DNA of 64,000 nucleotides from Candidatus Thorarchaeota archaeon (GTDB lineage Archaea; Asgardarchaeota; Thorarchaeia; Thorarchaeales; Thorarchaeaceae): NCBI GenBank assembly GCA_048882485.1, contig JBHLRP010000001.1, positions 1 to 64,000 of the forward strand, read 5' to 3'. Shown piece by piece: positions 37,225 to 45,766 of this stretch (position 1 is its first letter; each line of letters starts with the position of its first letter). The notes under the pieces were generated by a model. It saw only the letters and a program-made list of their open reading frames with translations, ran no database searches and was not told where the DNA came from. The position numbers and the translations under genes were made by a program.

Positions 37225-37620
37225 TCACTCCTGATTTGTATTGCTAACAAGCAATGCCAGGGACTCTTCAATGCCCGCTATCCCATACATCTGCCAGAGG
37301 AGCATAATAAACACTCCCGCCCAGACAACTATCGCCATTGGAAATAGTGGAATTAGTATCCACACAAATAGACCCGCCAGTAGAACTAGCACACCAACCA
37401 ATTCAAGGATGAGAGCGACATAGACAATCAATTTGCTTGGCATCTTAGGCAGTCCCACACTCTGCCCACTTGCGGAGGAAAGTATCGCTATTGTCTTGTT
37501 GAGTCCATTAATTCTGATGAATAGCCAGAAAAGCAAGGAAAAGGTTCCTACCCATAGAAAGACTGCAACTGTGAAGAGTTCATTAGAAAGCACGACTTCT
37601 GGTGATTGCATTTCACTCAC
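37225..37620 (-). CDS. CcmD-like small membrane protein with tandemly repeated motif
   Basis: Sits at the ccmD position between ccmC and ccmE; two W-x-G-x-F...L-x-W TM plus amphipathic units. Confidence 0.55.
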   Translation of the reverse strand: MSEMQSPEVVLSNELFTVAVFLWVGTFSLLFWLFIRINGLNKTIAILSSASGQSVGLPKMPSKLIVYVALILELVGVLVLLAGLFVWILIPLFPMAIVVWAGVFIMLLWQMYGIAGIEESLALLVSNTNQE

Positions 37621-38284
37621 TCCTCCTCATTCGTTGCTCCATCAGTCTTTCACTGACTGAATCTATTCTGTACGTTATATCAAGGATCAATGCGTAGACT
37701 AGACCGATGGCAATGAGGCTCACCATCAGAGTCATTCCATGTTCTATCCCCATCTGCAGCCCTTCTCCAGTTATAACAATTGGATGCAGAGTTTCCCATA
37801 CTCGAATTGAGATATAGCTAAGGATGACTGCGGGAAAAGCTATGATTCCGAAGATTGAGCCGTATTGTGCTCGTACATCTCGGTCATTGACTGATTCTCG
37901 ATAGGCAATCAAACATGCATAAGCAATCCATAGAATCAATGTAGTCGTTTCCCTTGGATCCCAGTTCCAAAATACGCCCCAAGTCGCATTGGCCCATACC
38001 ATACCACTCAACAAGGTGATGGAAGTGAAGACGAGGCCAATCTTGATTGATGCGGCACCGACCAGGTCGTAGCGTAAGTCTTGCTTCCAGAGATACGTGA
38101 CTCCGCAGATTAGCGTCACGCCAAATGCAAGATAGCCAATAAGTGCAGGAGCCACATGCTGAAAGAAGATTCTAATCTTCTCTCCAAGCTCCACTTCAGG
38201 CGGTGCGAATATCCATACCATGTAGAGGTAAAGGAAGGTGATTGCCAAGGATAGAATATACATCACCATTCGTTTTGTATTCAC
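37613..38284 (-). CDS. ccmC: Heme exporter CcmC
   Basis: RIFFQHV, WWD domain WGVFWNWDPRE, TLHP. Confidence 0.93.
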   Translation of the reverse strand: MNTKRMVMYILSLAITFLYLYMVWIFAPPEVELGEKIRIFFQHVAPALIGYLAFGVTLICGVTYLWKQDLRYDLVGAASIKIGLVFTSITLLSGMVWANATWGVFWNWDPRETTTLILWIAYACLIAYRESVNDRDVRAQYGSIFGIIAFPAVILSYISIRVWETLHPIVITGEGLQMGIEHGMTLMVSLIAIGLVYALILDITYRIDSVSERLMEQRMRRSE

Positions 38285-38354
38285 TTCTTCACGTCCCTTG
38301 CTCGGCCGGTTCGAAGAAACAACTCAATATGAACATTATGATTGGAGTTCTTTT

Positions 38355-39077
38355 TCAAGCTGTAAGTGTGAATTGAAATACAGCAGCCGATAGCATCACC
38401 ATTGCAAAGGCATGTCCGGATAGCAGGAATAGTAACTCAGCAATTCCAGGACCGACGATTGGAATCCCGATTGCCAGCATTCGTGTAATCTCCACAAGCA
38501 GAATCAGGGCTGTTGTTGCAGTTGGAAAGTAGACTATGGGGTACACGGTTGCTTTCGATTCAGCCGGCATTGTCAGTGCAGAAGCCATAGCTCCAACTGC
38601 GGCCAAGTCCAATGTTCCCAAAATGAATGTGACTAGGACAAAGAGCGGTGACATCCCTGGGGCAAATGAGAAGCCTAGTAGACCCATGGCGATTGGAACC
38701 AAGAATACCTCAACAAGACCCATAAGCACGAACCCGTAGATGACTTTCCCTAGATATACTGACCATCCCGGAATTGGAGCGAGAGATAATCCCTTCAGAG
38801 TTCCAGTCTCTGACTCAGAGATGAATACTGGCGAGAAGCCAAACATTCCAGTGAAGAACACCACAACCCATAGCATTCCACTCCCTATCTCCGTCATTAC
38901 TTGGAGCCTAGCAGAAGGATCTGGTATGATAAATGTTGAAGAACTGAGCACGAGACCCAACACAAAGACGGCGATGATGGCGAACAGAAACATCGAAAAC
39001 GCTTCAAATCGTTTTCTCAATTGAGTGACCAAATCTTTCTTCGCGATTGCCAGTGCATATGATAGACCAGAACTCAT
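38355..39077 (-). CDS. ccmB: Heme exporter permease CcmB
   Basis: IAKKDL, ESETGTLKGLSLAP, VYLGK, 6 TM; lies between ccmA and ccmC; probable ATG 39077. Confidence 0.85.
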   Translation of the reverse strand: MSSGLSYALAIAKKDLVTQLRKRFEAFSMFLFAIIAVFVLGLVLSSSTFIIPDPSARLQVMTEIGSGMLWVVVFFTGMFGFSPVFISESETGTLKGLSLAPIPGWSVYLGKVIYGFVLMGLVEVFLVPIAMGLLGFSFAPGMSPLFVLVTFILGTLDLAAVGAMASALTMPAESKATVYPIVYFPTATTALILLVEITRMLAIGIPIVGPGIAELLFLLSGHAFAMVMLSAAVFQFTLTA

Positions 39078-39087
39078 CTCATTCACC

Positions 39088-39762
39088 TCATATGTTTCCA
39101 TCAAACTCTGAGATAGGCCCGTGACCTATGATCTCTCCTTTTCTCAAGGTGATGAAATCATCACACATGTCTGACCCTAAAGCTAGGTTGTGTGTTGTAA
39201 GAACTGCAGTTCTGTCTTGCCGCTTTGCATCAATGTAGTTTCTGAACACCTCAGTAGAGTCTTTGTCGAGACCTGAGAAGGGTTCATCAAGCAAGAACAA
39301 ATTGGGATCATGCAATAGACTTCTGATTATATCGAATCTCTTTCTCAGTCCAGTTGAAAGAATCTTGGTTGGTTCATCCAACCACTGCCTCACGTCAAAT
39401 TGCTCTGCCAAGTCCTCTATAGCGGCATTAGCTGAGTCATCGTCTAGATCAAAGAGGTCAGCATAGAATCTGAGATTCTCTCTGCCAGTCAACTCACCGT
39501 ATAATAGAGGCTTGTCTCCGACAACACCAATCCGCTTTCTAACCTCGATAGGCTCTTCCTCGGTATCAAATCCGAAGACCTCTACCCTTCCTGCATGTGG
39601 CTGAAGGAGGGTTGAAATGATTCGCATTAGCGTGGTCTTGCCTGCACCATTGCTTCCGAATAGAGCATGAACGCCGCCAATTGGAACTTTGAAAGATATA
39701 TCCTTCAATGCTACTCTATAGCCATAGCGTCGAGTCAGTCCCTCAACTTGTATAGATACCAT
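39088..39762 (-). CDS. ccmA: Heme exporter ATP-binding CcmA
   Basis: GSNGAGKTT, ELTGRENLRF, LSTG, LLDEPFSGLD, TTH; start MVSIQ at 39762 (the longer ORF overlaps the GGR gene). Confidence 0.87.
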   Translation of the reverse strand: MVSIQVEGLTRRYGYRVALKDISFKVPIGGVHALFGSNGAGKTTLMRIISTLLQPHAGRVEVFGFDTEEEPIEVRKRIGVVGDKPLLYGELTGRENLRFYADLFDLDDDSANAAIEDLAEQFDVRQWLDEPTKILSTGLRKRFDIIRSLLHDPNLFLLDEPFSGLDKDSTEVFRNYIDAKRQDRTAVLTTHNLALGSDMCDDFITLRKGEIIGHGPISEFDGNI

Positions 39763-39834
39763 TTGAAATGCCTCACACAGGTCATTGTGGGAGCACCCAA
39801 CCCTTTTTTTAGTTTGACGGATGCGCCGTAGGGC

Positions 39835-41037
39835 ATGGCTGAGAACTCCTATGATGCAATTGTCGTAGGTGCAGGTCCTGCTGGCTGCACAGCTGCTAGA
39901 GTGATAGCCGCTGCAGGCTTTAAGACTTTGATAGTTGATAGAAGGAGAGAGATAGGAGTTCCAATCCATTGCGGTGAATTCCTACCAAGTCCCAGAGAGA
40001 TGCGTGATCTATTGCGTGATTCTCCTAGAGCATCACGGCTTGTTGACATCCCTAATCATCTCATTACAAATAGGACAAAGAGACTGATGCTCGCTTCCCC
40101 ATTGAGCAACAAGTTCTACTTCAAACTTGATGCCCGAGTGATTGACCGAACAAGATTCGATCAGTACATTGCAGGCAAAGCGCGGGGTGCGGGTGCCGAG
40201 ATCGTTTTGGAGTCGACAGCCATTGAGCGCACAAGAACGAATCGACTCATCATTAGGCAAAAAGGTCAGAATGTTGAGTTGAATGCTCGGGTAATAATAG
40301 GTGCAGATGGACCGAGTTCTCTCATTGCTAAATCCATGGGCAATCACTACCACAATCCTGGAAGAGACCTTTGTCCTTCCCTGAATTATGTTGTCACTGG
40401 TATTGAGTGTGATTCGAAAACCACTGAGATGTACTTCGGAAACAATGTTGCTCCAGGAGGATATTCATGGATTATTCCCAAAGGAGCTGCCATGGCTAAT
40501 GTAGGCTTTGGGATGCGACGACCTTTCGGAGCATCCGAAGTGTCATTAAAGCAGTATCTTCGACGATTCATGACGACTCATCCACTCGTTTCTTCACGCA
40601 CCAAAAACTCCAAGATCGTTTCTAGAGTAGGAGCCATCATTCCTGTCGGAGGACCAGTTGATAGGACGTTCTCTGAAAATGCAGTTCTTGTTGGGGATGC
40701 TGCAGGTCACGTCATGGCGTCAAATGGTGGAGGTATTCCAACTGCTCTAGTAGGCGGTGAGATAGCAGGAGAGTCGGTTGTTAGCTATTTGACAGTTGGT
40801 ACTCCGTTGTCATCCTATGAGAAGCAGTGGCGGAAGGAGATAGGGAATGAGCTCTATACTGCACTGAGAATTCTCCGAATCGCTGACCAAGTGATGCCCT
40901 CTGACAGGATAACCGACCAATGCATGCGTCTTGCTGGTCCCAGATATCTTAAGCATCTGATAAGATGTAGATTGCCATTACCAGTTGATTTTGCATCAAA
41001 GACGCTAGTGAAGCTCCTGAGATACTTGGAGCAGTAA
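39835..41037 (+). CDS. Geranylgeranyl reductase family FAD oxidoreductase
   Basis: VGAGPAG, PIHCGE, IIGADG, APGGYSWIIPKG, LVGDAAG...GGGI. Confidence 0.9.
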   Translation: MAENSYDAIVVGAGPAGCTAARVIAAAGFKTLIVDRRREIGVPIHCGEFLPSPREMRDLLRDSPRASRLVDIPNHLITNRTKRLMLASPLSNKFYFKLDARVIDRTRFDQYIAGKARGAGAEIVLESTAIERTRTNRLIIRQKGQNVELNARVIIGADGPSSLIAKSMGNHYHNPGRDLCPSLNYVVTGIECDSKTTEMYFGNNVAPGGYSWIIPKGAAMANVGFGMRRPFGASEVSLKQYLRRFMTTHPLVSSRTKNSKIVSRVGAIIPVGGPVDRTFSENAVLVGDAAGHVMASNGGGIPTALVGGEIAGESVVSYLTVGTPLSSYEKQWRKEIGNELYTALRILRIADQVMPSDRITDQCMRLAGPRYLKHLIRCRLPLPVDFASKTLVKLLRYLEQ

Positions 41038-41096
41038 CGCCGCATCATAGATATGGATTTCTTATGGATGGCATACCATTCATTCGCACGTTTATC

Positions 41097-42167
41097 TCAA
41101 TGAATTCGTTCAAGGACGAAGTCTGCAATCTCGCTGAGCATATTCTCAGTTTGAAATGCATGCCCTTCAAGAGCGGCTTTTGCTCTTTCAACATATGTCT
41201 TGGTGAGTTCAATGGCATGATGCACAGCTTGTGTTTCTTCGATTAGTTCCAACACAACATCAAGATTATCATTCTCGATTGCCTTAATGCATCGCTCTCG
41301 GTCATCTTCAGAGCATGTTTCCAATGCATGAATCAAGGGAAAATTGCATCTTCTGCCTCTTAAATCTGAATGCGCAGATTTTCCCATCATTTGTTGGGTT
41401 GCTATAACATCCAGAATATCATCTCTGATCTGAAATGCAAAACCGAGCATCTCACCATATCGACTCAATGCATCCCTCTGCTGTATCGAACCCTTGCCCA
41501 CAATTGCGCCGATGCGTGCGGCTTCCTTTATGAATGTGGCTGTCTTATGGGCAATGACACTAAGATACCTCTGTCTATTGTATGAATCAGGCTGGTCAAT
41601 AGCCATCAGGAAATCTTCAGCCTGGCCCTCGCACATTCTAACTCCGCTCCCTCCTAGGAAGACGAGCAGATCTGGAGTCGCAGTGTTGCCTATGAGTCGA
41701 ATGGCTTGAGCAACAAGGAGATCGCCTGCCAAAACCGCCATAGTAACTCCAAACTTCTGATGTGTGGTTTTTACGCCGCGGCGGACATTATCTTCATCAA
41801 TAATGTCATCATGGATGAGGCTTGCTGTTTGTAGAAGTTCAGTTGCAACAGCATACGGCAAAATGTCTTCAATATTACCACCTACAGCTTCACAACAAAG
41901 CAATGTGATTAATGATCGCAATCGTTTCCCGCCGGCAAGGAGAAGGTGATGGGCCGCATCATATAGCGCAGAGGGCGCGCCTCTCTCCGTATCAAGGAAT
42001 TTCTTCATCTCCTCATTGATGATATTCATCCGATGTTGAAGGCCTTCGTTCCCCAAGAGAGTAGAGATGGTTGAGCTCAGATGAGTTTCTTGGTCTTGGA
42101 TTGAAGAGTCTAGCATTTTAGAGGCTTCAGGGCTTGGAGTCGAACGTCGCTTTCGCATTTCACACAA
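41097..42167 (-). CDS. trans-Polyprenyl diphosphate synthase, probably medium/long-chain type
   Basis: GGKRLR, TASLIHDDIID (FARM), RRG, GQAED, KTA, FQIRDDILD (SARM). Confidence 0.92.
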   Translation of the reverse strand: MCEMRKRRSTPSPEASKMLDSSIQDQETHLSSTISTLLGNEGLQHRMNIINEEMKKFLDTERGAPSALYDAAHHLLLAGGKRLRSLITLLCCEAVGGNIEDILPYAVATELLQTASLIHDDIIDEDNVRRGVKTTHQKFGVTMAVLAGDLLVAQAIRLIGNTATPDLLVFLGGSGVRMCEGQAEDFLMAIDQPDSYNRQRYLSVIAHKTATFIKEAARIGAIVGKGSIQQRDALSRYGEMLGFAFQIRDDILDVIATQQMMGKSAHSDLRGRRCNFPLIHALETCSEDDRERCIKAIENDNLDVVLELIEETQAVHHAIELTKTYVERAKAALEGHAFQTENMLSEIADFVLERIH

Positions 42168-42434
42168 ATCTCCGGCTGGAGGCGGACAAACTTCAGATAC
42201 GCGATGGGAAAATGCAATCCTTAAACCTTTCGAGATACGCTATTAATACCAGCAAGAAAAGCTTGATGAAGAATGTTGACGTTTCGTCACTTACCATGAA
42301 TAAATCATGCTCAAACTCCTCTTTAGAGAGTGTGGTTGCTAATTAGCAACCTAACAGGTCAAAGCGCTTCATGTGGACTTATCTAATATGAAAAGAGAAA
42401 CGGACTCAAAGAGAATCTCTCAGAATGTTGAGAG

Positions 42435-43307
42435 TCACCTCCTGCCATCAATAATATAATCGGCAAACCACATTAACAATTCTGGCTTCGTAAATTCCCC
42501 TTTCACAATCGCTGCTTTTGCGTTGGCGATATGTATCTCCAATTCATTGTGGTTGTCCAAAGAGATTTGATTGCTCAACTGCACGGCAAGATTCAATCGC
42601 TTCACATATTGAATAAGCGGTTTTGCTTGTGCATCAGTTGCACCAGCTAGCTTTGCTCCTATTAATGCAGATTCGTACAATAAGGATGTTGGCTTCGAAT
42701 AATCGCCTGGAGAATCTTCAGATTCACTCTGTGCTCTGGAATTCAGGCTGAGTATTTTCAAGGCTTCGCCTTCACATGTCCGGATTGCACCTATACCAAG
42801 TATCTGCAGCAATTCTGGCTCTCCTAGTTCACCGATGATTCGAATTGCTAATGCAAGTAAAAGGTCTCCCGCCAAGAGTGTGATTTTATCTCCGTAGACT
42901 CTTCGATTCTGGTTAATACACTTTTGCGTGTTGCCAATCATGTTATTATGGATGAGATTTGCGGCATTCATGAATTCAATCGCAGCTGCAATAGGTAGTG
43001 AATATCCTATATCGCCTCCAATAGCTTGGTGACATAATAAGGTCAACACACCCCTAATTGGTGCGCCTTTTGCATTCATTACTTGAAGCGCTGCGTTGTA
43101 TAAGAATTGATTACGATCACTATTTGTTTGAAGTTGCTTTTGTATCTCTTGGATTGTCAAAGAAAAGAGAGAATCCAACTCAATGGCCTGTAGAAAATCT
43201 TCCCCCTGATCACTATCTCCTCCAGAACTGCGAATCCAAGGGCCATTCCCATCAGAATGCTTTCCTCCTTGTATGGAGGAGTAGTCATCCGCCATTAAAT
43301 CCACCAA
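42435..43307 (-). CDS. DDxxD-less polyprenyl synthase paralog (probable non-catalytic subunit)
   Basis: AAAIEFMNAANLIHNNMIG, LLAGDLLLA, CEGEA, KPTSL, LAVQLSNQI align with the adjacent synthase; both Asp-rich motifs lost; ORF intact. Confidence 0.75.
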   Translation of the reverse strand: MVDLMADDYSSIQGGKHSDGNGPWIRSSGGDSDQGEDFLQAIELDSLFSLTIQEIQKQLQTNSDRNQFLYNAALQVMNAKGAPIRGVLTLLCHQAIGGDIGYSLPIAAAIEFMNAANLIHNNMIGNTQKCINQNRRVYGDKITLLAGDLLLALAIRIIGELGEPELLQILGIGAIRTCEGEALKILSLNSRAQSESEDSPGDYSKPTSLLYESALIGAKLAGATDAQAKPLIQYVKRLNLAVQLSNQISLDNHNELEIHIANAKAAIVKGEFTKPELLMWFADYIIDGRR

Positions 43308-43458
43308 GTTTCAAACAATTGATTCTGATTCCGGATAATTAGACCCTTAAAGCCCTTCCTTTATGAAGATTACAAATTGAAACGAATCTTCTTCCTTTCT
43401 CATTGACAGACATAGGACAAGGTTTTAGAATAGGAGTTGCTCGTCAAGTGGTTGAGCT

Positions 43459-44544
43459 GTGATGGGTGTAGATGCTGACACACCGAGTTCTCCCAAAGTG
43501 GAGATTCCTGAGGGGAAGCTAAGAATCTGGTTGGCCGAATTGCGAGCTCCTTTCTTAACTGGCTCCATAATCCCAGTTGTTGTAGGGGCATCAATTGCAT
43601 GGGGATTATACGGCGTTTTCTATTGGGATTTATTCCTTCTCACACTCGTTGTTGGTGCCTTCATCCATCTTGGAGCCAATGTTTCCAATGACTACTTTGA
43701 CCACAAATCCAGTGCTGATGACATCAATGTAGAGTTCATCCGCCCATTTACAGGAGGCGCTAGAATGATACAGCTTGGCTTGCTCACCCCCAGTGAAGTT
43801 CTCGTGGGTTCCTTTGTGTTCTTTGCGATAGCTGGTGCAATTGGTGTATACTTGGCTTTAACTCGAGGCCTTATTCTGCTAGTAATCGGTGTTATTGGAG
43901 CTGGTTCTGCATTCTTCTATACTGCCCCTCCGTTGAGATTCGTTCATCGAGGGATCGGAGAGATTTTCATTGGGCTCGACTTTGGTGTCCTATTGGTACT
44001 CGCCGCGTATTTTGTTCAAGTTCAATTGTTCGATATTGAATCCCTCATTTCATCCCTACCTATTGCCATCCTCATCTCTGCTATTCTGTACATCAATGAA
44101 TTTCCTGATGCTAAAGCTGATGAGGCGGCCGGGAAGAGAACGATAGTTGTGCGATTGGGAAAATCTCGAGCTGCATTGGGATACGTCGCTCTAATATCAA
44201 GTGTCTATTTTGTGATTCTTATTGGGATTCTACTAGATTGGATAAGATGGACAACTATTCTCGTATTCACAACTCTTCCTCTGAGTATCTATGCTATGCG
44301 CCATACACTGAGAACATATGATCGGGGATTTGAGCTAGCTCCAGCAAATGCATCGACCATTATGATTCATCTTTTTACAGGCGTCTTTCTTATTCTTGCA
44401 TATGTTCTATACGGCCTATCTGCTCATGCGTTTGCGGTAGCTGCAATGAGCCTGATATGTTTGGCCATAGTGTTAGTCGCATACCGTAAAGTCAGCGCGC
44501 CCCCACCGCAGCCAGGCGTCAATGGGAGCTTGCCTGACAAGTGA
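43459..44544 (+). CDS. menA: 1,4-dihydroxy-2-naphthoate polyprenyltransferase (UbiA superfamily)
   Basis: ELRAPFL, ANVSNDYFD, GGARMI, YTAPP, GIGE, NEFPDAKADEAAGKRTIVVRLG. Confidence 0.88.
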   Translation: MMGVDADTPSSPKVEIPEGKLRIWLAELRAPFLTGSIIPVVVGASIAWGLYGVFYWDLFLLTLVVGAFIHLGANVSNDYFDHKSSADDINVEFIRPFTGGARMIQLGLLTPSEVLVGSFVFFAIAGAIGVYLALTRGLILLVIGVIGAGSAFFYTAPPLRFVHRGIGEIFIGLDFGVLLVLAAYFVQVQLFDIESLISSLPIAILISAILYINEFPDAKADEAAGKRTIVVRLGKSRAALGYVALISSVYFVILIGILLDWIRWTTILVFTTLPLSIYAMRHTLRTYDRGFELAPANASTIMIHLFTGVFLILAYVLYGLSAHAFAVAAMSLICLAIVLVAYRKVSAPPPQPGVNGSLPDK

Positions 44545-44548
44545 CAGT

Positions 44549-45766
44549 TTAAGACAACTCCATTAGGTCGATGAACAGGTCTTCTATATTCACGACGTTA
44601 ATATCGACGTCCCTCTTTTTAACAGCATCCAGGAAGTTCAACTTACAGAATACGCATGCTGATACAAGCGTGGTTGCACCTGCATCTAGCGCTTCTCTTC
44701 CGCGTCGAGCCGCCATATTCATTGCCTCTTCACCAAATCCCGCCTTGAATCCGCCTCCTGCACCGCAGCATTTTGAGTTGTTTCCAAAGCGATCCATCTC
44801 GACCAATTTCAATCCGGGAATGCTCCTGAGGATTTCCCTTGGTTCTTCGAAAATACCTACGTGCCTTCCCAAATGGCATGGGTCATGATAGGCAACCGTT
44901 TCATTAAATCCCTTTTTCCACTTCAGTTCTCCTGTCTTGACCTTGCCAGCTAGAAATTGGGTGAGGTGTTGAGTTGTGAATGGAAGAATAGCACCACGCA
45001 CACGATAGAAACTTGGCCAATCAAGCGTAACTGTGCGATAACATCCTGAGCAAGAGAAAATGACATGCTTTATGCCTCTGCTTTCCATCCTCTCGATATT
45101 ATGGCCTACGACTCGTTCAACATCAAGCTCGCCAATATATTGGGTTGTGCCGTCTTCTTCCTCTTCATAGACTTTCCTTCTTACTTGTCCTGTTCTTAGG
45201 AGTGGACTGGTGCAGCAATATTCATCAGCTCCAAGCACCTGCGGCTCAATGGAGAAGTAGTTTAGCATTTTCAATGTTGCTTGGGCAATTTCCGGACGTC
45301 TGTATGAGGCCGTGCACCCAACATAGTATGCCCACTCAGAGTCATCTGAAACACGACCATCCTCAGGAATCCAATCTGCTCGTGTTTCAGGACGTTCGCC
45401 AAAGACATTATTGTATTTGAGGACCATGTCACCCATGTGTGCCTGTCGACCGTAGGGTCCAATACCAAGGTCCACCAGCTTATGTCGAACATCCTCGATG
45501 ATTTGAACATAAGGCAACTTGATGGGGCATCTTTCCACGCACTGTTGACATGTTGTGCAAGCATGAACAACTCTCATGAACTCTTCATCTATCTCCAAAT
45601 TTCTCTCCACATATGAACGGAGAAGTCTAAGCCTACCCCCAGCAAACATGGCTTCAGTCCCAAACTCCTCATAGCTCGTGCAGGTCCATCTGCAAGTGGA
45701 GCAATTGCTGCAAAGCACAATCTTGTCCGGATCGAAATCGAATTCCTTGGTGAATAATCGTCTCAT
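44549..45766 (-). CDS. HdrD/GlcF-like Fe-S protein (two [4Fe-4S] motifs + two CCG domains), module A1
   Basis: CSNCSTCRWTC, CTTCQQCVERCP, GC...YCCT...CSGC, HDPCHLGR...CCGAGGG...CVFC. Confidence 0.9.
   Translation of the reverse strand: MRRLFTKEFDFDPDKIVLCSNCSTCRWTCTSYEEFGTEAMFAGGRLRLLRSYVERNLEIDEEFMRVVHACTTCQQCVERCPIKLPYVQIIEDVRHKLVDLGIGPYGRQAHMGDMVLKYNNVFGERPETRADWIPEDGRVSDDSEWAYYVGCTASYRRPEIAQATLKMLNYFSIEPQVLGADEYCCTSPLLRTGQVRRKVYEEEEDGTTQYIGELDVERVVGHNIERMESRGIKHVIFSCSGCYRTVTLDWPSFYRVRGAILPFTTQHLTQFLAGKVKTGELKWKKGFNETVAYHDPCHLGRHVGIFEEPREILRSIPGLKLVEMDRFGNNSKCCGAGGGFKAGFGEEAMNMAARRGREALDAGATTLVSACVFCKLNFLDAVKKRDVDINVVNIEDLFIDLMELS

Noticed and set aside
39763..39969. 69-aa N-terminal extension of ccmA in the ORF track (similar extensions on mutL, rpe, GT87 and the ORFs starting at 47319, 56561, 59794 and 63800)
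   Set aside because: They overlap neighbouring genes or regulatory DNA; downstream starts fit family length and RBS position better
41097..42167. Calling this the ether-lipid GGPP synthase (idsA)
   Set aside because: It lacks the aromatic residue five positions before FARM typical of archaeal GGPPS; product length left open
42435..43307. Pseudogene call for the D-less prenyl synthase
   Set aside because: No frameshift or stop, and loss is concentrated on catalytic motifs; decay cannot be fully excluded
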